DNA of 64,000 nt, taken from NCBI GenBank assembly GCA_045577555.1, contig JAZNIQ010000272.1, positions 356 through 64,355 on the forward strand. The letters run 5' to 3'. Source of the stretch: Candidatus Fimenecus sp. (GTDB lineage Bacteria; Bacillota; Clostridia; Oscillospirales; Acutalibacteraceae). Under the pieces are notes generated by a model. The model had not been told where the DNA came from and searched no databases. It worked only from the letters and a program-made list of their open reading frames with translations. A program made the translations under genes and the position numbers. Of this stretch, positions 42,470 through 51,732 are shown in pieces. Position 1 is the stretch's first letter, and every line of letters begins with the position of its first letter.

Positions 42470-44413
42470 TTATAAAATATCACAAGCATTCTTTAAATAA
42501 CCAATCATTTCTTCTTCATGAGCCTTGAAAGCGGTTTCTTTCCAATAAAGACTTGCAACCTTGTCACCATTCTTTTCGGTGAGTTCGCTCATGATACGAA
42601 GTTTAATGCTACCTTTGGCTATCATATCTTTGAAGGTGCTTTTCTTGGCTTCGGGAGACATATTTGAAAATTTGGAGTTTACATTTCTCTGTATGATGCA
42701 GAGGTTACCAAATTGGTCTACTCCGTCTTTCCATTGCTCGAAAGTTCCTTCAGAAGGATTTTGCGGATACCAGTGCTCAACAGAGTTTCTAAATTCAAAC
42801 ACAAAATCACTATATTTTTTCTTGCCATTTTGACGGTCGTAATACCAAAGCAGATAGTCAAGATAATTAAATACAATGTGTGGTGTGTTTACTCCCATTG
42901 CATATTCACCGTCAGCACAAATATCGAAGAAATTTTCTTTAACGGCATCAATAGCAATGTTTTCTGAAACTTCGTCAAATGTGGTTATATCATCATTCTT
43001 TAAGTGTTCGCAATCAGACTCAGATAACCAAATAAGCAGCTTTGTTATCCAGTGCATTACCTTCGGAGAAGTATAAGATACACGCAATGCAGATTGCATC
43101 ATAATGTTTGTTTTGGTTCTCCAATCGTTTGTAGACGCCCATTCGCCAGTTCGGGTAAACTTGGAATTTCTATAATATGGCTTCTTTTTAGATTGCTGAC
43201 CGGAAACATAGAGACTTTTTAAACTCCATTCGCCATCTGCGCTGTCGTTTGCATATTCTCTCTTGACGATATATTTGTCGAACAGGAAACGAGTTCTCAA
43301 CAAGCACACAATAAAGGTGCGAGCAAACTCTTCCTTACTGTCGGAAATCTTTCCATTCGAAGAAACGCCATAGGTAATAACTCTATTAAAAGCATCTAAG
43401 AGTTTCTTGTCATCAAGGAGCTCATCTATTATCTTTGCCTCTGCTTTTTCGTGAGTTATTCCGTTGATGTTTATATATACTTTCAAAGCGTGCAACAAGA
43501 AATATGGGAATTCTATTACGCTTTCAAAACGGACACGAACATCTCCGTCAACATAACCTTCATCATCTTCGACTTTGAAATTTTTATCAATTAAATCAGA
43601 GATGCGATGACCAGTGGTTTCCTGTGTTGCTTCGGTTATTGCTTTTTTATATTTCTGCCAACTGTTTGAGGGCAAACTGTTCCATTCGGAACCAAAGATG
43701 GATTCTCTAACTACATTATTTTTGCTTACAAAGTGCATTTGAACATATCCTGTCATATCACTGCAAGCATCCCAAATTTTTGCAAACAATCCTTTTTCAG
43801 CATCATCATTTAGATAACTCATAAGTGTAGCTTTCAAAATGTCATGTTGCTCTAATTGCTCGCCTCTGGTATTCATTATTTCAAAATAACGGTTGAGGTC
43901 TGTGTTTTCCGGAACTTCAATTCTATAAACGATAACTTTCGAAAGTTTTTTGATAAAAGATTCTTTATCGAAATCGGCTCTTTCCAACTCGTGAGATAAA
44001 ATCTTTATTCCTCTTTGAATACCAGGCTCAATTCTGTCCATATCCAGTTTGCTACGGTTTTCGAGAAGAAGCTCTTCAATGTTTCTAAGAGTATAATTAG
44101 ATTTTTCTCTACAAGCAAAAGTAAGAGTAGGTTTTGCCTTGATTCCAAGACAGTTTAACAATAAATATAGAGAAGTGAGGCGCTGTTGTCCGTCAACAAC
44201 TTCGTATCTACCGTTCTGCTCGGACACAATCAGTGAGCCGATATAGTAGTTAGCATCTTCGGCAACATCTTCTATGTCTTCGACTAATTGTGTAAGTTGT
44301 TTATCTTCCCATGCATATGCACGCTGGTACAGAGGGATAATATACTCCATTTCGGTATCAAAAATATTATTATTTTCACCGATAATATGAAGTTCGGTTA
44401 CTAAACTACTCAT
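42470..44413 (-). CDS. DUF262-DUF1524 (GmrSD/SspE-type) putative modification-dependent nuclease
   Basis: N-terminal IPLYQRAYAWEDKQ and VDGQQRLTSLYLL. The C-terminal His-Me finger-like segment is FRNSVEHWYPQNP..GNLCIIQRNVNSKFSN. Confidence 0.75.
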   Translation of the reverse strand: MSSLVTELHIIGENNNIFDTEMEYIIPLYQRAYAWEDKQLTQLVEDIEDVAEDANYYIGSLIVSEQNGRYEVVDGQQRLTSLYLLLNCLGIKAKPTLTFACREKSNYTLRNIEELLLENRSKLDMDRIEPGIQRGIKILSHELERADFDKESFIKKLSKVIVYRIEVPENTDLNRYFEIMNTRGEQLEQHDILKATLMSYLNDDAEKGLFAKIWDACSDMTGYVQMHFVSKNNVVRESIFGSEWNSLPSNSWQKYKKAITEATQETTGHRISDLIDKNFKVEDDEGYVDGDVRVRFESVIEFPYFLLHALKVYININGITHEKAEAKIIDELLDDKKLLDAFNRVITYGVSSNGKISDSKEEFARTFIVCLLRTRFLFDKYIVKREYANDSADGEWSLKSLYVSGQQSKKKPYYRNSKFTRTGEWASTNDWRTKTNIMMQSALRVSYTSPKVMHWITKLLIWLSESDCEHLKNDDITTFDEVSENIAIDAVKENFFDICADGEYAMGVNTPHIVFNYLDYLLWYYDRQNGKKKYSDFVFEFRNSVEHWYPQNPSEGTFEQWKDGVDQFGNLCIIQRNVNSKFSNMSPEAKKSTFKDMIAKGSIKLRIMSELTEKNGDKVASLYWKETAFKAHEEEMIGYLKNACDIL

Positions 44414-45720
44414 TGTGCACCTCCGTATCCGTTGATTTCCTTAATAGTGTTGTATAGTTCTTTCCACTTTTCGTGTGACGGTGCATCTGGGTCTCGACGT
44501 ACATTTATTTGTAAACCGGAAATCTCGTGGTGCATACGGGCAAGACTGATTTTTGAGAAGATTCCAATTGTATTGGTGTACCTTGAATTCTCATCACCGA
44601 TTGCATATTTGTTTACGCTATCAAAGCCCAGATTTTCCATATCCACACGGAGCATAAATGCCCAAGAGAAAAGTTTTTTAACTGCCATTTCGTCAAAGTT
44701 ATGGAATTTATCATAGTAGCAAAGGAGAGCACAATAAAACAGATTTTTAGTGTATCCAAATCCGGCAGAACCGAATTTTACCTTGTCCATATCTTCGGGT
44801 GAATCGACGTCTTTTCCGCCGCAGATAACTTGTTTTATTTCTTTGAAGCGCGGATTATTGCATATCTCAGCTTTAATATCTCGCAAGAGATACATATAAT
44901 GCTCAACCATTTCAAAGAAATCATTGCCTGCAATAAACGGTTCTGTAATCTGGAAATAAGGCATAGCCTTGCTTGCACGCCTTGCATAGGAATATGTTGA
45001 ACTTTCAGCAATTCCTTTGTAGGTGTCAATTTCTTTTGCTGTGAAGGGTTTGCTTTTGTTACCTCTGCTCCAATTCCAAATTGGGAATAAGTACAAATCA
45101 AATAGTTCCTTTATTTTCTCTGTATCTTTTGCTTCCCATTTCGTAACAGCGTGTTCCATTTCATAAGGGTATTTCTTCATCTCACGAAGATGGTATGCTT
45201 TCAAAAGGTCGTGCGGGTCTAATGCTTTACCTCTTGTGTTTTGAGAGTCGAAAAGTTGGAATGCTTCGGTTACTTTATCAACACAAACGACAACAACTTC
45301 CAAGATATTTTCAAAAGCGTGAATAAAGTCTTTTTTTACATCATCGCTTTTTAATGAAAACCATTCTCGGATGAATGAATAGTTGCGGTGAATATTGTAC
45401 TGAGTAGTCTTATTTGTAAAGTCTTTTTCAAGAATGGAACACTTGAAGTTGGGCTCGATGCATTGCTTTAGAAGCACCAAAGAAATGATTCTTTGCTGCC
45501 CATCAACAATGCCATATATATCATCCTTGTTTTTATGTAAGATAATAGTTCCTATGCGATATTTAAACTCAGTTCTATATCTATCCGCATCACTAATTGC
45601 GTTTGTGATATCAAGAAATAAGTCATCGATATTTTGAATATCCCACTTATACGGTCTTTGATAATCTGGGATGTTCAAATTCATACTGAGCAGTTCATTT
45701 ATGCTTTTAATCTCAGCCAT
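44410..45720 (-). CDS. DUF262 (ParB-like NTPase/nuclease superfamily) protein without DUF1524
   Basis: IPDYQRPYKWDIQNI and VDGQQRIISLVLL. A 4-nt overlap (ATGA) links it to the downstream DUF262-DUF1524 gene. Confidence 0.75.
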   Translation of the reverse strand: MAEIKSINELLSMNLNIPDYQRPYKWDIQNIDDLFLDITNAISDADRYRTEFKYRIGTIILHKNKDDIYGIVDGQQRIISLVLLKQCIEPNFKCSILEKDFTNKTTQYNIHRNYSFIREWFSLKSDDVKKDFIHAFENILEVVVVCVDKVTEAFQLFDSQNTRGKALDPHDLLKAYHLREMKKYPYEMEHAVTKWEAKDTEKIKELFDLYLFPIWNWSRGNKSKPFTAKEIDTYKGIAESSTYSYARRASKAMPYFQITEPFIAGNDFFEMVEHYMYLLRDIKAEICNNPRFKEIKQVICGGKDVDSPEDMDKVKFGSAGFGYTKNLFYCALLCYYDKFHNFDEMAVKKLFSWAFMLRVDMENLGFDSVNKYAIGDENSRYTNTIGIFSKISLARMHHEISGLQINVRRDPDAPSHEKWKELYNTIKEINGYGGAQ

Positions 45721-45763
45721 GTACTTATTTCACCTCCAATGTTTCGACTTAAAAATTATGTAA

Positions 45764-48700
45764 TTACGCTACCGAACCAACCCAACCGTAGCCTTGAACT
45801 GCCATATCTACGAAGTGATTAATAAGCAGGTCAACCTTGGAATTAAAGGAAACCTTGTCGTAAGATTCGGGTAGGTCAGCATCAAGTGAGTCTTTAACAA
45901 CTTTGATAACACGACCCTTCGGTTGCTCATCCTTATACCAATCAATCATAAACAGACTTTGCTTATTCTCGGTCAGTTTCTTATAAAGGTTCTTTGCCGA
46001 AAGTTTTACTTTCTGTTCTTCTGCTTTTGTCAGTTTCTTACCGGCAATAAGCAGGTCGTAGATTTCCAGTTCTTCTTCAGTAAGACCTTCGGTATTGGCT
46101 CTTTTTTCTTCCTTCTGCAGGTCTTCAAGCAGTTTTACAAGCTGCTCGTAATAGTCCTCGTTCTCGGAACTGCCAGCATTGTAAGAATCAATGATGTTCT
46201 TATAACGCTGTGAGAATTTAAGACGAGTACGGTTCTTATTAAGCATCTGCAAAAGTGCCTGCTCGATAAACTTTTTAAGGTCATCAATCTCGATTGCCTT
46301 GTATTTGGCAGTACGGATTTCTTTTCGCAGCTCATCAGCATCGATTTTCGAAAGGTCAATTACCTTTGACTGATAGATAACAAGCTCTTGCTCATCTTCC
46401 ATGTCGTTTTCGGCAGTAACGCTTGAATCCAAGAGTTGACTCATTCTCATTCGCGCTCTTTCGACCTTTTCGTCATCGATTGTGCGGTAAAATAGGCCGT
46501 GCAAATATACAAGCGGAGAAAATTTCTCGTTAAACCATTTCTTTTCAAACACTTCGGGTTTTGAAGCTTCATAAAGGTTCATCAAAGTATTGAGTATAAC
46601 CTTAAACTGCTCTGTACCTTGGTCTTTTGCTACGATAGTATCGTAAGCACTTCTAAGCTCATCAAGTCTGTCCAATGTGTTGGATTCGCCAATAATCTTA
46701 TCCAGACTGATGTCAAGTGATTGCAAGAAGGTTTCTGCTTCAACAATGGTCGCATCGATATATTCAATTAGCTTGTCGATGTCCTTGGCAGGATACTCTG
46801 TACCGTCATCGCCGGTAGCATATTCGGACAGTGCCTTCTTCATATACTTGAAGACGTTTACATAGTCCACAACCATACCGCTGGACTTGCCTTGATACAA
46901 ACGGTTCGCACGAGCGATTGCCTGCATCAATGTGTGTCCCTTCATAGGTTTGTCCAAATACAAAGTAGAAAGATTTTCAACGTCAAAACCGGTCAGCCAC
47001 ATAGCACATACAAATACTAAATGTAACGGGTCGGTAACGTCCTTGAATCTATCTTCGATATCTTTACCATCGGGAGTGATGGCATTCATCTTTGCTCGGT
47101 GAGTGGCAATATCAAGTCCTTGCTTTGCAAACTTATCGTTCTCATCCGCATCTTCGGAAATGATAACTGCCATTTCCACCTTGTTCATGTAATCAAGGAT
47201 TGCGGTAAATCTGTCTCTCTCTTCCTTGGTTTTAGCAGTGTTTCTTTCCTTGATGACGTTCTGCTTTTCGATTGCCCAGTAATGTTGCACCTTGTCGTAC
47301 ATTTTAACGGCGGTAAACTTATCTACCGATACAACCATACCCTTACCCAAGAAACCTCGTCTGGGGAAGTGATAAGCGATATCCTGAGCGATTTTATCGA
47401 GTCTGTCTTCACGCTTGATAACCTCTAAAATGCGGGAAGCAGAATTTTCGAGCAATCTGGTTTCGTCTTCGTTGAGATTCTCTTCTTCGATGATATCTAA
47501 TACGTCATCGTCGAGGAAGTCATTTTGAAGTCCAACGGACGGAACACGTCTTGAATAATAAAGTGGAACGGTAGAACCGTCAGCTACAGACTGTGCAAAG
47601 TTATACTCTGAAACGTAGTTTCCGAACCATTGGTTAGTAAGACGCTTGGCACCGAGCAGAGGTGTTCCGGTAAATGCGATGTAATTAGCATTAGGTAATG
47701 CCGTTCTCATATTCTCTGCAAGGTCTTTATATTGAGTTCTGTGTGCTTCATCAACAAGCACTATGATATCGTCACGGGTGGAAAGGACAGGATACTGTTT
47801 TCCTTTTTCGTAACGGAATTTATGTATGAGAGTAAAGATAAAGGATTTGTTTGTCTGTAAGAACTCTCGCAGTTGCTTGCCGTTCTTTGGCTGGCATTCT
47901 TCGCCTTCACCGATAACACCGGTGCGAACAAAGTTCTTATGTATCTGAGTATCAAGGTCATCACGGTCGGTGATAACAAGGAAGGTAAAGTTTCCGTGTA
48001 GCTTTCTTTTAACCTTGCGGGCAAACATAACCATAGAGTAGGATTTGCCTGAACCTTGTGTGTGCCAGAACACACCAAGTTTACCTTTGAGTTCTTTGCG
48101 GTTCTCCATAGATTCCATAAGATTATTAACACCTAAATACTGGTGGTTCTTTGCAATAATCTTAATGGACTCATTCTGGAAGAGGATGAAATTTTCTATG
48201 TAGTCGATAAGGCGATTCTTATCGAGCAAACCATCCACAAAGAAGCGAACCGAACTGTTATTGGCATCACTTACATTTTGCAGAGCTTCACGGTCAAGAC
48301 CTTCTTTTTCGGATTCAACCTTTAACCACTCGAAGAAATGATTATAGGTGGTATTAAATGCACCCAGTCTTGTTTCAAGACCGTTGGAGAGCACACATAT
48401 CTGATTGAATGCAAAAAGGTTAGGAATATCCTTCTTGTAGTCCTGCAGATTTTTGTTGTATGCTTCCTCAACCTTAACAATACTGTTCTTGAGTTCAATG
48501 AACACAAGGGGCAGACCGTTTACAAAGATAAGAATATCAGGTCTTCTGTAATATGCTTTGCCTTGTATCCACATCTGTGAAACAGCAGTAAATTTGTTAT
48601 TGGTCGGCTTATCAAAATCAATGAGCTTTACAAAATCAAAGTCTTCCTTGCTGTTTTTGCGAACGGTGATTTTAATTCCGTTGCGAAGTTGGTTGTATAA

Positions 48701-48988
48701 CTTGTAGTTTGTTGCAACAATATCCGTTCCGGTAAAATCACGGCGAAGGTCTTTGACAATATTTTTAATATACTGCTCGTCGATAGTGGGGTTTATCTTT
48801 TTAAGAGATTCTTCAAGAACGCTCGGCAAAACACACTCCCTTTTAGAGGAGCGTCTCGTTCCGTCGTTCAAATCATCTCGCTTGTTTGGGTCGGCATCAC
48901 AGGTTATGATGTCGTACTCGAAAGGAGCCTCTTTCAGTTTTGAGAGTATGGCACGTTCAATATCGTCTTCTGATATGAAGTTTCTCAT
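45764..48988 (-). CDS. hsdR: Type I restriction enzyme R subunit
   Basis: 1074 aa. VFWHTQGSGKSYSM (Walker A), VLVDEAHRTQY (DEAH), and an N-terminal PD-(D/E)xK-like IFVNGLPLVFIELK. Confidence 0.9.
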   Translation of the reverse strand: MRNFISEDDIERAILSKLKEAPFEYDIITCDADPNKRDDLNDGTRRSSKRECVLPSVLEESLKKINPTIDEQYIKNIVKDLRRDFTGTDIVATNYKLYNQLRNGIKITVRKNSKEDFDFVKLIDFDKPTNNKFTAVSQMWIQGKAYYRRPDILIFVNGLPLVFIELKNSIVKVEEAYNKNLQDYKKDIPNLFAFNQICVLSNGLETRLGAFNTTYNHFFEWLKVESEKEGLDREALQNVSDANNSSVRFFVDGLLDKNRLIDYIENFILFQNESIKIIAKNHQYLGVNNLMESMENRKELKGKLGVFWHTQGSGKSYSMVMFARKVKRKLHGNFTFLVITDRDDLDTQIHKNFVRTGVIGEGEECQPKNGKQLREFLQTNKSFIFTLIHKFRYEKGKQYPVLSTRDDIIVLVDEAHRTQYKDLAENMRTALPNANYIAFTGTPLLGAKRLTNQWFGNYVSEYNFAQSVADGSTVPLYYSRRVPSVGLQNDFLDDDVLDIIEEENLNEDETRLLENSASRILEVIKREDRLDKIAQDIAYHFPRRGFLGKGMVVSVDKFTAVKMYDKVQHYWAIEKQNVIKERNTAKTKEERDRFTAILDYMNKVEMAVIISEDADENDKFAKQGLDIATHRAKMNAITPDGKDIEDRFKDVTDPLHLVFVCAMWLTGFDVENLSTLYLDKPMKGHTLMQAIARANRLYQGKSSGMVVDYVNVFKYMKKALSEYATGDDGTEYPAKDIDKLIEYIDATIVEAETFLQSLDISLDKIIGESNTLDRLDELRSAYDTIVAKDQGTEQFKVILNTLMNLYEASKPEVFEKKWFNEKFSPLVYLHGLFYRTIDDEKVERARMRMSQLLDSSVTAENDMEDEQELVIYQSKVIDLSKIDADELRKEIRTAKYKAIEIDDLKKFIEQALLQMLNKNRTRLKFSQRYKNIIDSYNAGSSENEDYYEQLVKLLEDLQKEEKRANTEGLTEEELEIYDLLIAGKKLTKAEEQKVKLSAKNLYKKLTENKQSLFMIDWYKDEQPKGRVIKVVKDSLDADLPESYDKVSFNSKVDLLINHFVDMAVQGYGWVGSVA

Positions 48989-49010
48989 AATCTCCCTCCC
49001 TTTTTCAAAA

Positions 49011-50060
49011 TTACAATTTCATAAATGCCAAAATATCTTTGAAATTATTACTGATATGCTCTGACAAAGGTAGTCCTTTGTTATCTTTGATAAACTCAAA
49101 GAACTCAGGCAAATCCAATAGGATTCTTTGAATAATGCCTTTTTCTTTAATTTGGTGCACGGCATATACATCGTCACCAATAGCGTCTATTTGGGCCTGT
49201 AAGTCTTTCTGATAGTTGTTCCAATACACAGAATATGAAGTTTGTCCATCAGGGGAATAAACCTTTGCTCCAATATCGTGTTCAGGTTTCTCTTTGTAAT
49301 ACACAATATCATCATCAGAAAGAACAATGAAAATTAACTTGTTTTTATACTGGGAATCTTTTACTACTTCCATTACTTCAAAAATGCAATTCCTTGACTT
49401 CAAGTAATGGTCGCTTATAAGCATTATTACAAAATCGTGTGTTTCAATAGACTGCATAAAGTTTTTAAAACTTTCATGGTATTTAACATCACGAACATCA
49501 CGAGAAATTTTCACTTTACCTTCAACAGTTGGTTGAAACTTTTCTTCCACCAAATCGGCAATGTCCGAATCTTTTTGGCAATACGAGAGGAACACTGTTG
49601 TGAGTTTTGTTTCTTCTTTCTCTGGTACATCATCGGCATCTATAAGTTCCATTTCGAGATGATTCCTTAGTATATCTACAAACGGTCCGATAGCTTTTCT
49701 GATAAATGCGGAAATGAGGTCTTTAAATTTCCTACTACTTGAATATCCTTCTCCTAAACTATACAACTGTCTTTTGCCTGACAAAGCATATTCTATTAAC
49801 TGATAACCATAATCAACCAAATCTTCTTCATTGTCAGGTAATGTAAGCATATCGCTCCAAAATTTATTTTCGTATATTTCATCAAAATCATAATCATTCT
49901 TATGACAGCTTTTAATATACTCTGCTATGACTTCAGTATTATTGATAAAGTCATAGTACATTTTTATGTAGTTAATTTCTTCTTGCGAATCAACTTTCAG
50001 CATCTGAGAAGACAGAGTTCTGTATTTTAGTGATATTTTCTTAAGTTCGCTTTTTTTCAT
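49011..50060 (-). CDS. TIR-domain protein with an unknown N-terminal helical domain
   Basis: The C-terminal half VFLSYCQKDSDIADLVEEKF..HDFVIMLISDHYLKSRNCIFEVMEVV is a bacterial TIR pattern with the conserved Glu. The gene is nested between hsdS and hsdR. Confidence 0.7.
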   Translation of the reverse strand: MKKSELKKISLKYRTLSSQMLKVDSQEEINYIKMYYDFINNTEVIAEYIKSCHKNDYDFDEIYENKFWSDMLTLPDNEEDLVDYGYQLIEYALSGKRQLYSLGEGYSSSRKFKDLISAFIRKAIGPFVDILRNHLEMELIDADDVPEKEETKLTTVFLSYCQKDSDIADLVEEKFQPTVEGKVKISRDVRDVKYHESFKNFMQSIETHDFVIMLISDHYLKSRNCIFEVMEVVKDSQYKNKLIFIVLSDDDIVYYKEKPEHDIGAKVYSPDGQTSYSVYWNNYQKDLQAQIDAIGDDVYAVHQIKEKGIIQRILLDLPEFFEFIKDNKGLPLSEHISNNFKDILAFMKL

Positions 50061-50515
50061 ATTGTAGTGCCTCCACAGATAGGACAGTATATTCCTATTT
50101 CTTTATCAAAGTTTTGAGTTTTTACATTCACATTACAACAATCCATCTTTACCAACTCATAAACTTTTGACGGTTCAAACAGTTCTTTTTCCGGTTCTGG
50201 TTTTGATTTTTTGGTTGTAACTTTTATAAATTTGCTTTTATTAAGTCCTTTGAAACTTTTATCAAGCATCGCATCAATTTGTGCCAGAGCATAGTTTGCA
50301 GCGACTTGTTGCATTTTTTCTAAAACCTCGGTGCAAAAGAAGGTGTTGGTGTCATTGGGGAGACCGCAGATAGGACAGAAGAAGTGCAGATGTTCTTCAT
50401 TTTCGTAAGTATCCTTATGCAACATAAATCTGTTCTTACAAAAATCACATTCCATTTCTAAATATCCATCTTCATCTAACGGGATATCTATTGTAAAGGT
50501 TTTTGTGTCGCTCAC
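50057..50515 (-). CDS. Double zinc-ribbon small protein
   Basis: 152 aa. CDFC..(24 aa)..CPIC and CC..(19 aa)..CPIC. A 4-nt overlap links it to the TIR gene. Confidence 0.55.
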   Translation of the reverse strand: MSDTKTFTIDIPLDEDGYLEMECDFCKNRFMLHKDTYENEEHLHFFCPICGLPNDTNTFFCTEVLEKMQQVAANYALAQIDAMLDKSFKGLNKSKFIKVTTKKSKPEPEKELFEPSKVYELVKMDCCNVNVKTQNFDKEIGIYCPICGGTTI

Positions 50516-50517
50516 AC

Positions 50518-51729
50518 CTACACCTCCAATTTGCCACTCATTAAGCGCGGTAATAATAGGTCACGCTGTTTGATAAGGTTTTCGTTTTCGTTCATAACAT
50601 TCTTAATTTGAGCAAAGATATCTTTTGTACAATTATGGAATTCCTGAATCAACTCACGATTAGGTAGTAAGAATTTCATTTTCTTAATAATAGTCGAGTT
50701 GACCGCATTTCCTATTGCAGAGGTGTTGCCTAAATTTTGATAATTGAAGAGCTTCAAATATAGGTAAGTATATTCTAATAACTCCTTGTCATTAGTTTTA
50801 AAGTGTGCTATTGCTTCATTTGTGCAAGATTGTTTTGTTGTGATAGATACACGACCAACAGATAATTTAAAACTAAGTAAAACTGTATCTTCTTCAACCA
50901 TTGGCATATTTACCTTTTTGATTGCTTCATCAGTTAAATATTCCGAAGATTTTGTTACAAACATGTTGTCTTTCATATCGGAAATTGAAACCCACAAAGC
51001 ATCGTCTTTATTGGTTGTGAAATAATCAAATTGCTTTCTATCAGGAGTTCTACCAATGGTAATATCGAAAAGATTTTGTGCTTGATAAATTTCCCAACCT
51101 TTGGGAATACCATTATCAAATTCTGCGTTTTCATAGCCAGGGAAACGGAAACGGACGAACCATTCTTTGTAAAGATTCTCTGCCATCTGCTCCAACAACT
51201 TAATACGCTTGTTGTTGTTTTCGATGAGTTCATCGTATGAGGAAAGAACATTGGCGATTTTGTTCTGGATTTCAATGCTCGGAAGAGGAACCTTTATTTT
51301 AACTAATTCTTTTCCACGAATTCCGGCTTGTGCACACTGATTAATGATTGTTTTTACTGGGTTATAAGGAAGTTGAAAAAGATAGTAGTAAAACCAAGGG
51401 TTACAAATTTCTTCGTTTAATCTGACTCTTATAAGATGAGATTCAAAGGTTGTTTCCTCGCCTAATTGTTTAACAATAGAACACTTTCCGGCACCTTCTG
51501 CCACAAGTGATTGTCTCGCAAATAACAAATCGTTTTCTTGAACAAGAAATTTTTCCTTCTCTTTTTGAGAAAGTTGAACTCGTTCCATAGGCATATCGCT
51601 AATGATATCGTTAGCGAAAAGTTCGCCCATGTTAATCATTTTATATCCTGCGCCACGAACAGCACTTGGACGAGACACACCGTTTGATGAAGGGATGGAA
51701 TAGAGTTCACCAAATCTTACATATTCCAT
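50518..51729 (-). CDS. hsdS: Type I restriction-modification S (specificity) subunit
   Basis: 403 aa with two TRD halves separated by the conserved helix LPSIEIQNKIANVLSSYDELIENNNKRIKLLEQMAENLYKEWFV. The C-terminal repeat is LLPRLMSGKLEV. Confidence 0.85.
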   Translation of the reverse strand: MEYVRFGELYSIPSSNGVSRPSAVRGAGYKMINMGELFANDIISDMPMERVQLSQKEKEKFLVQENDLLFARQSLVAEGAGKCSIVKQLGEETTFESHLIRVRLNEEICNPWFYYYLFQLPYNPVKTIINQCAQAGIRGKELVKIKVPLPSIEIQNKIANVLSSYDELIENNNKRIKLLEQMAENLYKEWFVRFRFPGYENAEFDNGIPKGWEIYQAQNLFDITIGRTPDRKQFDYFTTNKDDALWVSISDMKDNMFVTKSSEYLTDEAIKKVNMPMVEEDTVLLSFKLSVGRVSITTKQSCTNEAIAHFKTNDKELLEYTYLYLKLFNYQNLGNTSAIGNAVNSTIIKKMKFLLPNRELIQEFHNCTKDIFAQIKNVMNENENLIKQRDLLLPRLMSGKLEV

Positions 51730-51732
51730 AAA

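Noticed and set aside
42470-44413. Calling the DUF262-DUF1524 protein the SspE partner of the PT-like module at 10.7-22.4 kb, i.e. a complete Ssp system
   Set aside because: It is 20 kb away, on the opposite strand, beyond a putative island boundary, and embedded in a different operon. Linkage cannot be asserted from the sequence.
49011-50060. A Thoeris system, because a TIR protein is present
   Set aside because: No ThsA-type SIR2/SLOG or macro-TM effector is adjacent. The macro-HTH gene is 10 kb away with unrelated genes in between.
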